This document shows, piece after piece, positions 18,918-28,252 of a DNA stretch of 42,036 bases. The position numbers and the translations under genes were made by a program. The stretch is from a virus (Duplodnaviria; Caudoviricetes): positions 1 through 42,036 of IMG/VR virus record IMGVR_UViG_3300049023_000062. One strand, given 5' to 3'. The number at the start of each line of letters is the position of its first letter. Positions within the stretch are counted from its first letter, which is position 1. The notes under the pieces are model-generated. The model made no database searches. It was not told the DNA's origin and was given only the letters and a program-made list of their open reading frames with translations.

Positions 18918-20438
18918 TCAAGGCGTGCCGGTCAGCGGATACTCCGGATAGGTCGTCACGTTGGCCGCGAAGATGCGGAACTGGTTGACGACGTTCACCG
19001 GCAGATAGGCGTTGACGCGGTTCGGATCGGTCGACCGTTCCACGACCAGGTACCGAGCGAACAGATCCGACTGCTCCACCAGGCCGCCACTCTCGAGCTC
19101 AACATAGGCGTGGACGCATTCCGCCTTGATGATCTTCGGCGTGACGATCGCCGGGTTTGCCGACGGGTTGTCATCGGCGAGAGCGTGCCGACCAAACTTC
19201 TGCGTGATCCGCTGCTTCATGTAGCGGACGAAGTAAACCATCTGCAGCCGGGTCTCGATGTCCAGCCAGGTGGTGTCCTGCTGGCCGTACGCATTGACCT
19301 GGTAGGTGGTCACGGTGCGATCGAGATAGACAACGCCATCGACCGCGGTCGTGTAGCCGGCGATGCCGTCATAGTACAGCTGCTGGCGCTGGGTGATCGT
19401 GAACCGATCGATCTTCGCCTGCGGCGGACGGATGCCGACGAGCTCGAGCTTATGGCCAGGTCGGCTGATGCGGTACGCCTGGTCGACTTCGCCGCCGAGG
19501 TTCTTGTCGTTCGCCATGCGCGCGCCATAGGCCGCCGCCCAGCGCCAGGGCGGCGACGGCGACGCCGCAACGCCCATGATCGACACATTCGGATCGTTGC
19601 GACCGTTGCCGAACGAAGCGAGGTTGGACATCGTGTCGAACAGCGACGTGAAGTAAACGCCGTACAGCTGCTGGATCGGCGCCCAGCGACCCGAGACATC
19701 GCCCAGGAAATCCCGGATGACGTCGAGCGAGGTCGTGTCGGCGTAGGGAGCGCAGATAAAATCGTACTCCTCGTCGCCGAGCGCGGCGAGCGGCGTGCCG
19801 AGCGTCGGCGTGCCGGTGCCGGTGACGCCGGCGGCGATCGTCAGGTGGGTCTGGAGCGGGCCCTCGTCGCCGACCAGGTCCTTGGAGATGTTGAGCTTGT
19901 TGCCGAGCGCGCCGACGTTGCGAACCGTCAGGGTTACGACGTTGGTCGCGGCGGCGGCGCTGACCGGGAAGGTAAGCGGGCGGCCGAACTTCGTATAGCC
20001 CTTGTTGATTTCCGCCGCGAGATTGGTGGCAACCACCGCGTTCGTGTCGGCAGCCGCGACCGCAATCGAGACCTTCTCGCCGGCGACATAGACCGACAGC
20101 GTGCCGGTCGAACCGAGGATGCCGACAGCGACCGTGATGGTGAAGGTTGCGGCGACGCCGGCCGGATCGGCGATCGGCATCAGCCAGATCTCGCCAAAGG
20201 GATGGTTCTGCCGCGCCCAGACCGCCATCTCCGACAGCTGCGAGCCGGCGCCCGCGAGCGCCTGCGCATCGCCGTCGAGGCGTACCGGCGTGTTGACCGG
20301 CGCGGTACCGGTCGAAAGGCGCTGACCGATCAAGAGCGTTCGGCTCGGGCCCTGGTAGGGAGACTGCCCCGCATTCACTTCCGCATAGAACAGCGGGACG
20401 CGAATACCTGCGGGGATATTGTTAAACGAAACGGACAT
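18918..20438 (-). CDS. Contractile tail sheath, Mu gpL-like
   Basis: SFNNIP..IRVPLFYAEV N-terminus; VTTYQ.N.YG..D and DPNRVN motifs. Confidence 0.95.
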   Translation of the reverse strand: MSVSFNNIPAGIRVPLFYAEVNAGQSPYQGPSRTLLIGQRLSTGTAPVNTPVRLDGDAQALAGAGSQLSEMAVWARQNHPFGEIWLMPIADPAGVAATFTITVAVGILGSTGTLSVYVAGEKVSIAVAAADTNAVVATNLAAEINKGYTKFGRPLTFPVSAAAATNVVTLTVRNVGALGNKLNISKDLVGDEGPLQTHLTIAAGVTGTGTPTLGTPLAALGDEEYDFICAPYADTTSLDVIRDFLGDVSGRWAPIQQLYGVYFTSLFDTMSNLASFGNGRNDPNVSIMGVAASPSPPWRWAAAYGARMANDKNLGGEVDQAYRISRPGHKLELVGIRPPQAKIDRFTITQRQQLYYDGIAGYTTAVDGVVYLDRTVTTYQVNAYGQQDTTWLDIETRLQMVYFVRYMKQRITQKFGRHALADDNPSANPAIVTPKIIKAECVHAYVELESGGLVEQSDLFARYLVVERSTDPNRVNAYLPVNVVNQFRIFAANVTTYPEYPLTGTP

Positions 20439-20483
20439 TGCGTCCTCCTGGTTGGAACGGGACTACGGTGAGCCGGCGCGCGA

Positions 20484-20756
20484 TCAGCGGCGCCGGTTGT
20501 GCGGAGCAGGCTCCGCGGGTGCCTTCTCAGGAGCAGGCAGCGCCGCCTTTTCGGTCTCCTGGGTCTCTTGCTTGCGGTCGCTGCCGATCTCGGCGGTCTT
20601 GGCGTCGTCGATCGCGATCTCGCCGGTCATAATCAGGCGCTCGTAGTAGACCGAGCGCGGGACGACCGCGCCCTCGGCCGGCATCACGTTCGAATTGCGA
20701 TCGGGCATGCGAACCCGGGCGCCTTCGGCAGGCTTCACAAAAACGAAAACAGACAT
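20484..20756 (-). CDS. DUF2635-like (Mu gp38-like) protein
   Basis: VKPAEGARVRMP...MPAEGAVV..YYERLI..GE; AAGGA RBS. Confidence 0.8.
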   Translation of the reverse strand: MSVFVFVKPAEGARVRMPDRNSNVMPAEGAVVPRSVYYERLIMTGEIAIDDAKTAEIGSDRKQETQETEKAALPAPEKAPAEPAPHNRRR

Positions 20757-20786
20757 GGGTGTTCCTTTCTCGAAAGATGAGCGGAA

Positions 20787-20805
20787 GCCCGGGTGAGACC
20801 CGGGC
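20787..20805. other. Intergenic hairpin
   Basis: GCCCGGGT/ACCCGGGC inverted repeat. Confidence 0.45.
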
Positions 20806-20821
20806 GTGGTGGGGTTTTGGA

Positions 20822-22414
20822 TCAAACGAGCAGAGCGGCCGGCTGCGTATTCAGCTGGACCGAGGAGCGCGCAAGCGCTGACGCCGACGCCGACGCCAGG
20901 CCGGTGCCAATTGCGATGATCCGCCCCTCGCCAGAGGCGGAGGCGATCGCGTTGGAGTTCGCAGCCGCCGCGACGATCGCGGATCCCGCGCCGGAGGCGG
21001 CCGCGATCGCAGCCGAGGAGCCGGCGCGGCTGATGATGGTGATGCCGACGCCGGTGACCGTCGCCACCGCCGAGGATGCGCCAGCCGCCGCCGCGATCGA
21101 GGAGCCGGAGCCGGTAGCGCCGGCGCTCGCCGACGCAGATCCCGTCGCCCCGGTCGCCGAGCCGGAGACGCCCGACGCCGCCGCCAGGGCAGCGGAACTA
21201 CCAGCGGAACTCGCGGTCGCCCGCCCGACGCCGGCGACGTTGGAGTTCGCCGCCGCCAGGCCGGCTGCGGAGGCCGTGGAGCGGCCTACGCCAGATCCGG
21301 TAGCAACCGCCGCCGAGACCCCGCTGCCGGCCACGGTGGCGCCGCCAGCCGCGGCGCCCGCCGCTGTGGCCGCCGAGGAGCCGGCAGCCGCGGCAGTGGA
21401 CCTGCCTACGCCCGTCGCGCCGGCGCTGGCCGACGCGGTTCCGGCGCTTGATCCCGCCGATGAGGATGCCGACGCCGCGGCGGTGGCTGCGGATGAACCG
21501 GAGGAACTGGCCGTAGAACGGCCTACGGCCGCCGCTGATGCGGCTGCCGCCGAGGCGCCAGGAGAGGACGCCGTCGCCCGGCCAACGCCTGAGGCCGCGG
21601 CGGTCGCGGCGGAGGCGCCCGATCCAGCGCGGGTAGACCTTCCGACACCGGTGGCTGCCGCAGACGCGGACGCCGTGCCGGTAGCCGAGACAATGCCGCG
21701 GCCTACGGCGGTGGCCGCCGCGGTAGCCGCCGCCGATCCGGAGGCAGCTGCCGTCGAGCGACCAACGCCGGAGGCAGCGGCGACCGCCGCTGACGAGCCC
21801 GCCGCGGCGGAGACCCCGCCTCCGCCGGCGTCCCAGGCCGACCAGCCGGATGGCAGTCCGGTGGGGGATGGGTCCAGCGTGAGCGAAACGCCGTTGGTGT
21901 AGATCTCCCGATAGACAAAATAGGTGCCGTGCGCGATCGGGATGCCGCCGACCGGCACCGTCGGATCGGGATCGGCCGCTTCACTGTTTAGAAGGAAGGT
22001 GCCGTTTAATTTGAAATAGAGAAGGTCGTTGTCGAGATCGAGGTAGACATCGAGAACGTCGCCGCTGCCATCAGCCGGCGTGGGAAAGCTGGAATAAGGA
22101 TACTCGAACGCGACACGTCCGCCGTTATAGCGAAGGTCGAACTCGTCGCCACTTTGGTAAAGGTGATAGCTGTCGGTGTCGTTGCCTTCCAGACTGGTAC
22201 TGCCGAGCGTGATGCCGCCCTGATTGTAGGTTCCGAACACACCGCCGTCGGACAGGTCGCCGGTCAGGCGGAGAACGCTCTTGCCAGACGACTTGCTCGT
22301 CGAGGTGATAACGAATTGATCGGTGGCGCCGCTCGATCCGGTCGCGGTCGCAATCAGGTTGCCGCCGGACAGGCTGATGTTCGCGCCCTTGTCTGACGGA
22401 TCCCAGGTCGTCAT
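20822..22414 (-). CDS. Virion fibre-like protein: SPRY/ConA-like N-domain plus Gly/Ala/Ser repeat stalk
   Basis: TTWDPSDKG.NI.LSGGNL, SKSSGK and LDLDN..LYF.LNG motifs; ~20-aa repeats. Confidence 0.75.
   Translation of the reverse strand: MTTWDPSDKGANISLSGGNLIATATGSSGATDQFVITSTSKSSGKSVLRLTGDLSDGGVFGTYNQGGITLGSTSLEGNDTDSYHLYQSGDEFDLRYNGGRVAFEYPYSSFPTPADGSGDVLDVYLDLDNDLLYFKLNGTFLLNSEAADPDPTVPVGGIPIAHGTYFVYREIYTNGVSLTLDPSPTGLPSGWSAWDAGGGGVSAAAGSSAAVAAASGVGRSTAAASGSAAATAAATAVGRGIVSATGTASASAAATGVGRSTRAGSGASAATAAASGVGRATASSPGASAAAASAAAVGRSTASSSGSSAATAAASASSSAGSSAGTASASAGATGVGRSTAAAAGSSAATAAGAAAGGATVAGSGVSAAVATGSGVGRSTASAAGLAAANSNVAGVGRATASSAGSSAALAAASGVSGSATGATGSASASAGATGSGSSIAAAAGASSAVATVTGVGITIISRAGSSAAIAAASGAGSAIVAAAANSNAIASASGEGRIIAIGTGLASASASALARSSVQLNTQPAALLV
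20870..21810 (-). repeat. Degenerate ~60-bp (20-aa) coding repeats, GVGRSTAxxxGSSAA
   Basis: VGR(S/A)T recurs at about 20-aa spacing. Confidence 0.7.
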
Positions 22415-22427
22415 TGCGCGGTGAGCC

Positions 22428-22898
22428 TCAGTTTATGGTGGCCGCCAGGCTCGCCAGTGTCGTCCGCAACGTCGCGGTCTGCGCCGGCGTGAAGGTCCGG
22501 TCCTGCGTCCGACCGCTATTGTCGACGGTGAAAGTCTTTGCGAGCAGGAAGCCGTTTCCGTCCTTCGGGAAGTTCGTGATGATCCAGGCGATCACACCAT
22601 TGATGCCGGACATCATGTCGGTAAACGACGCGACCACATCGAAGGTCGGATCGCCGATCTGCTCCTGCGCGTAGGCAGCGATCCCGCTGACCGAGGCTGC
22701 CGCCTGCAGCTTGGTCTTTGCATCGGCGAGCAGCTGCGCATAACCCAGGATATCCGTCGAGGGGATAGAACCTGCAGCCGACGCTGTACTCAGCGCGTTG
22801 GTGCGCTGCTTGACGGTGCCGGCGATCTCGCGAGCTCGGCGCCAGGCCGCCTCCACATTCTCAGGGCTAGTGCCGATGTTGGACGGGAACGGTGCCAT
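22428..22898 (-). CDS. Hypothetical protein in the structural region
   Basis: 156-aa ORF, GAGGGG RBS. Confidence 0.7.
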   Translation of the reverse strand: MAPFPSNIGTSPENVEAAWRRAREIAGTVKQRTNALSTASAAGSIPSTDILGYAQLLADAKTKLQAAASVSGIAAYAQEQIGDPTFDVVASFTDMMSGINGVIAWIITNFPKDGNGFLLAKTFTVDNSGRTQDRTFTPAQTATLRTTLASLAATIN

Positions 22899-22908
22899 TG
22901 GATGCCCC

Positions 22909-23388
22909 TCAAGGTTTCAGTTTTGCTTCCTCGAACAGCTGCCCGAAAAAGCGATGCTCGCGCTCGCGTGCTTCCTGCATGCGAGCGCGGAGGAATTCAG
23001 GTTCGCGTCGCCCCTGGGCGAACGCATCTTCAACCGCATCGGCCATAGCGCGCTCGACGCTCGCGGCCACCGGCTTGAGGAGCGGATGCGATGCGGTGAC
23101 CGAGATGCCGACCGCCTCGGCGATGCGCGGATACATCCGCTCGGCCCTCGGCTTCAGACCATCCGGGAGCATCGACGGATAGCCGTGGTCGACCAGCCAA
23201 CGGTGCGAATAGGCGCGGAGCCGGAAGGCGACCGAGACCATCTGCGTGCGCGCCATGTGGATCGCGACCAGCACGTCGCTGTCCTTGATCGGCGCCGGCA
23301 GATGCGGATGCACATGCTCCCAGAGGCGCCGGACGCCATCGATGTCCGCCGCCTCGAGGAACTGCCGAAACTGATCCTGGTAGCTCAT
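22909..23388 (-). CDS. Hypothetical protein
   Basis: 159-aa ORF with ATGA coupling. Confidence 0.7.
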   Translation of the reverse strand: MSYQDQFRQFLEAADIDGVRRLWEHVHPHLPAPIKDSDVLVAIHMARTQMVSVAFRLRAYSHRWLVDHGYPSMLPDGLKPRAERMYPRIAEAVGISVTASHPLLKPVAASVERAMADAVEDAFAQGRREPEFLRARMQEAREREHRFFGQLFEEAKLKP

Positions 23389-23732
23389 TCTTCCGGATCC
23401 GCTGGCCTCTCGACGAGTTCGACGTCAAACGGACCGGCGCCGTCGACATCGACAGAGCCAACGACCGTCGCCTCGTCGCCCTTGCCGCGATAGAAAACGA
23501 TCTTCGTCAGGCGCTTGCCCTTGTTGCCGATCCGGAGCGGCGAGCCATCGACCTCGTCCTCGATCAGCGGCTGCTCCAGGTCATACTCGACCTTGTCGCC
23601 GGCTCGATACGGCCGCCCGCCAGCCTTGGCGCGCGCGACGATCTCGGCATAGTTCGGCGAGCGGGTCATCTTCGCCAGGCCAAAGGCGCGGTAGTGGTCG
23701 GCCTGGCCGCCGTCGATTTCAACCTTCATCAT
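23385..23732 (-). CDS. Hypothetical protein
   Basis: Start MMKVEI after a GGGAG RBS. Confidence 0.65.
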   Translation of the reverse strand: MMKVEIDGGQADHYRAFGLAKMTRSPNYAEIVARAKAGGRPYRAGDKVEYDLEQPLIEDEVDGSPLRIGNKGKRLTKIVFYRGKGDEATVVGSVDVDGAGPFDVELVERPADPEE

Positions 23733-23768
23733 TTGCTTGGCTCCCTTTCGGACCAAAGGATCACGGGG

Positions 23769-24197
23769 TTAGTCGAGCGTCAACGCGGTCGACGTGTTCA
23801 GCTGCGGCGTGACGCCGTTGCCGGTGACGATGTTCGGAGAGACGGTGCCCTTGTGCAGGATGGCCGCCGCACCGCCGCCGGTCTTTCCGGTCGAGAAGTG
23901 CGTCACGGTGCCGGAGCCGCCGGTACCAGCGGCGAAGTTGATCGCGGACGCCGGCGACACCGAGCCGCCGGTGACGGTCCAGCCGCCGGAGGTCCGCGCC
24001 TGCGAGGCGCGGGCATAGGAGGTGTAGGTCGTCTCCGAGGTCGACATGGTGCCGCTGTCGCCGGGATCGGCGGTGTGCAGAGCGACCGCGATGTTGGTCT
24101 GCGGCGTCGACGCTGCGTTGTCCGCGTAGTTCGCCCAGGCTGTTGCGTTGTAAATCAACAGCTGGATGGCATTTTCAGTGGTGTCGCCGAAGCTCAT
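23769..24197 (-). CDS. Small virion structural or fibre-associated protein
   Basis: VALHTADPG...E.TYTSYAR...I.F...T.THF motif common in phage fibre clusters. Confidence 0.75.
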   Translation of the reverse strand: MSFGDTTENAIQLLIYNATAWANYADNAASTPQTNIAVALHTADPGDSGTMSTSETTYTSYARASQARTSGGWTVTGGSVSPASAINFAAGTGGSGTVTHFSTGKTGGGAAAILHKGTVSPNIVTGNGVTPQLNTSTALTLD

Positions 24198-24212
24198 GGG
24201 AGCGCTCTCCAG

Positions 24213-25328
24213 TTAGGCCGCATAATCCTGGCCAATGATGTTTCCGAAAATCTCGGCGCCGGCGCTGCCGGAGACGAGAGCGAGAAGATCGACCTTGCCA
24301 GCGCCCTGGCTGATGGACGGCTCGTCGCCGTTCACCCAAATGGTGCCAGCCGGCCAGGCCGTCGGCGTGATGTTGAAGTTTCCGGTGTTGGTCACCTTCA
24401 AGATGATCCGGCCGGTCTTGGCGTGGCGCGGCCAATTGACGATCGAGAGCGCCGTGACATGCGCCGCCAGGATCAGGTTCTGCATCGTGCCCTTGGCGTA
24501 GTCGATCACCACCGGAGCGCCGGTCGCCACGACCTGGGGCATGTCCTGCGCCGAGACCACCTCGATCGAGACATCCATCAGATCGTCCTCCTCCTGATCG
24601 CCTACCGCGATCCGCATATCCACGCCGTCGAGCGGGTCGACCTCCAGCGGCGGCGAGAGCGACGCGGCGATCGACAGGCAGAGATCGCGCTCCTCGCCCG
24701 CCGGGAGCGCCAGCGCCACCGAGCGGAGCGGCTCCGGCAGGATGTCGAGGCCGGTCGGGATGTCATCCTGCGACGGGTTGTAGACCACGACAGTGTCGTC
24801 GCTGACCTCGCATTGCCAAGTCAGGATCCGTGCGGCGAGCTTGACGCCGCTATCCTCCATCGTTTGGCGGTGGCAGTCCTCTTTCCAGACGCGCGCCAGG
24901 CTGCGCCAGAGAACCGACTGCTCGGCGGGATCGAACGCCAGGCGCTTCGCAATTTGGAATTCGAGCAGATCGAGGAAAATCTCATGCTCGGCGTCGGTAG
25001 CCGGATGCCCGACCACGATCTCGGTCTTGGTGACGCCGTCCTCCTCGTATTTGACCTCCTGGGTCTGCACCATCCCGAATTCAATGACGAGATTGATCAG
25101 GCGCCGGAACGGCGGCCCGCCGTTCTGCTCGGAGAGCGCATCGCCCTCGTCGTCGTCGGTCAAGATGATGATCGACGGCTCGGCGTCCTGGCTGAAGTTC
25201 TCCGGCGCCAGGTCGGAAATGCGGCTGTCATAAACCCGGTTGCGAGCGACGGTCGGACCTGACGCGGCATTCGCCCCTCGCAAGGCGTTGAGCGTTGCAA
25301 GGCGGAGCGCTGTACGGACAAGGGTCAT
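24213..25328 (-). CDS. Neck / tail-terminator-like protein with an extra C-terminal beta domain
   Basis: Follows the head-closure gene; RVYDSR...IIILTDDD motif. Confidence 0.65.
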   Translation of the reverse strand: MTLVRTALRLATLNALRGANAASGPTVARNRVYDSRISDLAPENFSQDAEPSIIILTDDDEGDALSEQNGGPPFRRLINLVIEFGMVQTQEVKYEEDGVTKTEIVVGHPATDAEHEIFLDLLEFQIAKRLAFDPAEQSVLWRSLARVWKEDCHRQTMEDSGVKLAARILTWQCEVSDDTVVVYNPSQDDIPTGLDILPEPLRSVALALPAGEERDLCLSIAASLSPPLEVDPLDGVDMRIAVGDQEEDDLMDVSIEVVSAQDMPQVVATGAPVVIDYAKGTMQNLILAAHVTALSIVNWPRHAKTGRIILKVTNTGNFNITPTAWPAGTIWVNGDEPSISQGAGKVDLLALVSGSAGAEIFGNIIGQDYAA

Positions 25329-25729
25329 CGTTTACGGCTCGTCAGCGGGATGACAGTGCGGCCGAAGCCATTCGGGTAGGGCGCGCTCGCGGTATAGACC
25401 GAGCCGTCGAGCAGCCGCGTGATGCGATCGCCCATCTGCACCTGCCAGAGCAGGATCGCGTCGTCAAAGTGAACTTCAGGGCGCGACACGCGCCAGGAGC
25501 TCGCGCTCTCGTCAGAAGCTGCACCGCGCGCCATCGGCGCGGAAGATTTCGTTGGTCCGTGCCACACGCCCTGGATTTCGACCAGGGTGGGGCGGGAGAC
25601 GTCGGCAACATAGCGACCGTTGACATTGTCGGTGGGCTTGAACGCCTCGATCGTAAAGAGCTCGCCGAAGGCCTTCTCGACCGATCGCGACAACCGAGCC
25701 TGGCGTGCGGGACGGGGCGAGAGGACCAT
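25325..25729 (-). CDS. Head-tail joining (closure) protein
   Basis: Position and size; FGE...GDRITR...Y...P.G.GR motif. Confidence 0.65.
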   Translation of the reverse strand: MVLSPRPARQARLSRSVEKAFGELFTIEAFKPTDNVNGRYVADVSRPTLVEIQGVWHGPTKSSAPMARGAASDESASSWRVSRPEVHFDDAILLWQVQMGDRITRLLDGSVYTASAPYPNGFGRTVIPLTSRKR

Positions 25730-25751
25730 CGGCGAACTCCTTCATTTCAGA

Positions 25752-26183
25752 TCAGCCCTTCTTCAAGGCCTGAATGATTTCCGCCTTGGTGGCGTTGTTC
25801 TCGAGCTCGACCTTGCGGGCGGCGGCGAGCTCGGTGAGCTCCGCCTTGTTCATCTGCTCGAGCTCGGCGTCGGACGGCAACGGATCGCGCTGCGTCGACC
25901 GCGCGGCATCGCCGGTGACGGTGTTGGCGCGCTGGTTGAGCGTCGGCGCCTGGCGACCATGACCGCCGTTGACCGAGGCCTGGAAGTTGAGGTCGGTGAG
26001 CGACTTCTCGTCGATCACGTTCAAGGTCTGCGTGTTGGCAGGGTCCTGCGGCCGATTGGCGCCGCCATACTCGCCGTGAACTTCGATCAGGCGCTTCGCC
26101 TCATCTTCCGGCAGATCGATCTCGGTGCCGGGAGCGACGTAGCGAGTGCCGTCATGGACGGTGACCGGTGCTTTGATCTTCAT
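25752..26183 (-). CDS. Capsid-adjacent protein with C-terminal HeH/Rho-N-like motif (gpFI-like position)
   Basis: VHDG..YAPG.EI.L N-terminus; MNKAEL...ATKAEIIQAL C-terminus. Confidence 0.7.
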   Translation of the reverse strand: MKIKAPVTVHDGTRYVAPGTEIDLPEDEAKRLIEVHGEYGGANRPQDPANTQTLNVIDEKSLTDLNFQASVNGGHGRQAPTLNQRANTVTGDAARSTQRDPLPSDAELEQMNKAELTELAAARKVELENNATKAEIIQALKKG

Positions 26184-26229
26184 AGTTTTACTCTCCTGGT
26201 TGCGTTTGACGTGAAGGCCCTTCTAGAAC

Positions 26230-26253
26230 CCCGCGGCGAGAGATCGCCGCGGG
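26230..26253 (-). terminator. Hairpin after the major capsid gene (terminator or mRNA stabiliser)
   Basis: CCCGCGGCGA/TCGCCGCGGG 10-bp stem with a weak U-tail. Confidence 0.5.
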
Positions 26254-26265
26254 ATGCTCAACTCA

Positions 26266-27291
26266 TTAACGCACAGTGGCGCACATCGTCGCTTCCGGCC
26301 ACCCGAGCAGCGGCAGCGGAGCCGACTGCGTCATCAGGAAGCGAGCCGCCGGATCCTCCTCGTCCCATTCCTTCGGATAGCGGGACGCGGCGCGAATTTC
26401 CTTGTCCAGGATCGCGCCATAGCAGCGGATGCCCTGCGCGCCACCGGGCGAGCCGAGGATCACGGTGTAGTCGGGCATGAACTTGCCAACGGTACCGTCC
26501 GCGTTCCAGTAGGTCGACGAATACTGGTAGAAATTGAACCCGCCGAGCGAACCGAGGTACTGCGCCTCATCAGGCACCGCCAGCTGACCGAGCAGGTCGA
26601 TGCTGCGGTTCGGCTGATGGAAGATCTGCATGTTGGCGATGATGTAGCTGTCCGCCAGGAGCAGCGACGCGGCGAGCGGATCGAGGATGACCTCGGTCGG
26701 CGCCGAGCCGGAGGCGGCCGCAACCATTGCCGCCCAGGTGCGGAGGTTCTGGAAGGGCGACACGCCACTTTCACCCCATCGCGCGGTGGTCAACAGCGCG
26801 ATCGTATGACCGGCCGGACGACCGAGGTTGATCGTCATCGGCGGATGATCCTCCGCGGTGACGGTCAGCGTGCCGGTGCGGAGCAGGGTCGACGCCATCC
26901 ACTCCTCGCGGCGCGTGATCTGGTCGTCCTGGTCCTGCAACATCTGCGCGCGGATGCGATCCATGCGCTGCTGCGGCGACATATCGCCCTCCAGGCTTTC
27001 GCCCGGCATGGTCTTGATCGCGATATCCGGCGTCAGAACATGCTTCGGCTTCAGGTACGGCGGCTTGTAGGCAGTCAGCGCCTCACCTGCGCGCGGCATG
27101 GGCTTGCCCTTGACGAAGGGCGAGACGAACGGCGCCAGGCGCCGGTTGCCCAGCACCTTGTCGAACAGGACCTCTTCGGTCACGAAGGTCCGCTCGGTCG
27201 TGAAGAACTTTTCGAGCAGGAAGCGCTTTGGGCGCTTGATATTGCTCAAGATGCCCAGGAGCGTCTGGGTAGCGTAACGGGTCGTCGGCAT
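26266..27291 (-). CDS. Major capsid protein, lambda gpE family
   Basis: LAPFVSP, YKPPYLKPK, RREEWMA and MTQSAPLP motifs. Confidence 0.95.
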   Translation of the reverse strand: MPTTRYATQTLLGILSNIKRPKRFLLEKFFTTERTFVTEEVLFDKVLGNRRLAPFVSPFVKGKPMPRAGEALTAYKPPYLKPKHVLTPDIAIKTMPGESLEGDMSPQQRMDRIRAQMLQDQDDQITRREEWMASTLLRTGTLTVTAEDHPPMTINLGRPAGHTIALLTTARWGESGVSPFQNLRTWAAMVAAASGSAPTEVILDPLAASLLLADSYIIANMQIFHQPNRSIDLLGQLAVPDEAQYLGSLGGFNFYQYSSTYWNADGTVGKFMPDYTVILGSPGGAQGIRCYGAILDKEIRAASRYPKEWDEEDPAARFLMTQSAPLPLLGWPEATMCATVR

Positions 27292-27307
27292 TGAGGTAGT
27301 CCTTTCC

Positions 27308-27338
27308 AAACAAAAAGGACGGCCTGCCAGGGCCGTCC
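27308..27338 (-). terminator. Terminator-like hairpin directly upstream of the capsid gene
   Basis: GGACGGCC/GGCCGTCC stem followed by TTTTTGTTT on the minus strand. Confidence 0.6.
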
Positions 27339-27373
27339 CGTTGCGGGTTTATGATGATGATTGCGGAGCCGGA

Positions 27374-27742
27374 TTACACCGAGACTTCGCGACCGACCGA
27401 CTTGAGCCGGATCGGGACCTGGTTGGCGATGAGCGCGGTCTCCACGGTCGCCGCGGTGTGGCCGGTGCCATAGACCAGCTTCTCGCTGACGAACGAGCCC
27501 TGGTCATAGATCGCCGCGACGATGTCGGCAGCCGGGTTGGGGATGTCGTAGGCCAGGATGCCGCGCGGAATGGCGGAACCATCGCCGGCGGCCGACAGCG
27601 AAGTCGTCCACTTGCCGGAAGCGGTGATGCGCCCCATCACCGTGCCCCGCTTCAGATCAGCCGCGGGATTGAGGATCGTCACCGAGCGGTGCGTGTACGG
27701 CACGTCGTCGGCGAACATAGAAACATTGTCGAATTCAGCCAT
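27374..27742 (-). CDS. Head decoration protein, lambda gpD family
   Basis: LKRGTVMGRITASGK...DGS..P.GILA motif. Confidence 0.9.
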   Translation of the reverse strand: MAEFDNVSMFADDVPYTHRSVTILNPAADLKRGTVMGRITASGKWTTSLSAAGDGSAIPRGILAYDIPNPAADIVAAIYDQGSFVSEKLVYGTGHTAATVETALIANQVPIRLKSVGREVSV

Positions 27743-27814
27743 TGTGGCTCGCTCCGTTAAAAAGTTGAACAGGATGGCAGCGGTGGCGATCGGGCGCGCG
27801 AGCGCCCGCTCGAA

Positions 27815-28252
27815 TTAGCTGGCGGCTCGCAAGCCGGCCGGCAAGCGCGACGCGATCTCCTTGCCCAACTCGAACTCAGACTTCGGCTTGTCGTTCGGCT
27901 GGTCCTTGGCGTTCGCGCCCTCGATCACGAGGCCGCCAGGATTATCCTGCGAGCGCTCGCCGGTCGGCTTCGGCTGATCCTTCGGCTCCGGAGCAGCCAC
28001 CGCCAGGCCGGCGATCGCACCGCCGATCGCCGCCGCGTCGAGCTCGGTGGTGAACAGCAGATGGTTTGCGGAAGCCTCGCGGCCTTTGTAGGCCTCGGAG
28101 CTCTGCACGGTCTTGATGCGCTCCAGCTGGGCCGTCATGCCCTGCTTTACGCCAGCGGCGGTGCCTTCGGCGACGCCAGCCTTGTGGCCATCGGCCTTCG
28201 CGCTCGCGATGGCCTGATCGAGTTCGGTCTGCGTGTAGGTACGATCGTTCAT
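27815..28252 (-). CDS. Nested in-frame scaffolding protein (Nu3-like)
   Basis: Internal ATG (MNDRTY) with AGAGGA RBS; ERIKTV motif. Confidence 0.55.
   Translation of the reverse strand: MNDRTYTQTELDQAIASAKADGHKAGVAEGTAAGVKQGMTAQLERIKTVQSSEAYKGREASANHLLFTTELDAAAIGGAIAGLAVAAPEPKDQPKPTGERSQDNPGGLVIEGANAKDQPNDKPKSEFELGKEIASRLPAGLRAAS

Noticed and set aside
10478-20756. Transposable Mu-like phage
   Set aside because: Only the tail is Mu-type; packaging is lambda GpA-type and no transposase is present in the window
20793-21902. 369-aa plus-strand Ala/Pro/Glu-rich ORF
   Set aside because: Antisense shadow of the repeat stalk of the minus-strand fibre gene
16470-25262. Long plus-strand ORFs (16470-18029, 19110-20471, 23694-25262)
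   Set aside because: Antisense shadows of recognisable structural genes, as expected in high-GC DNA
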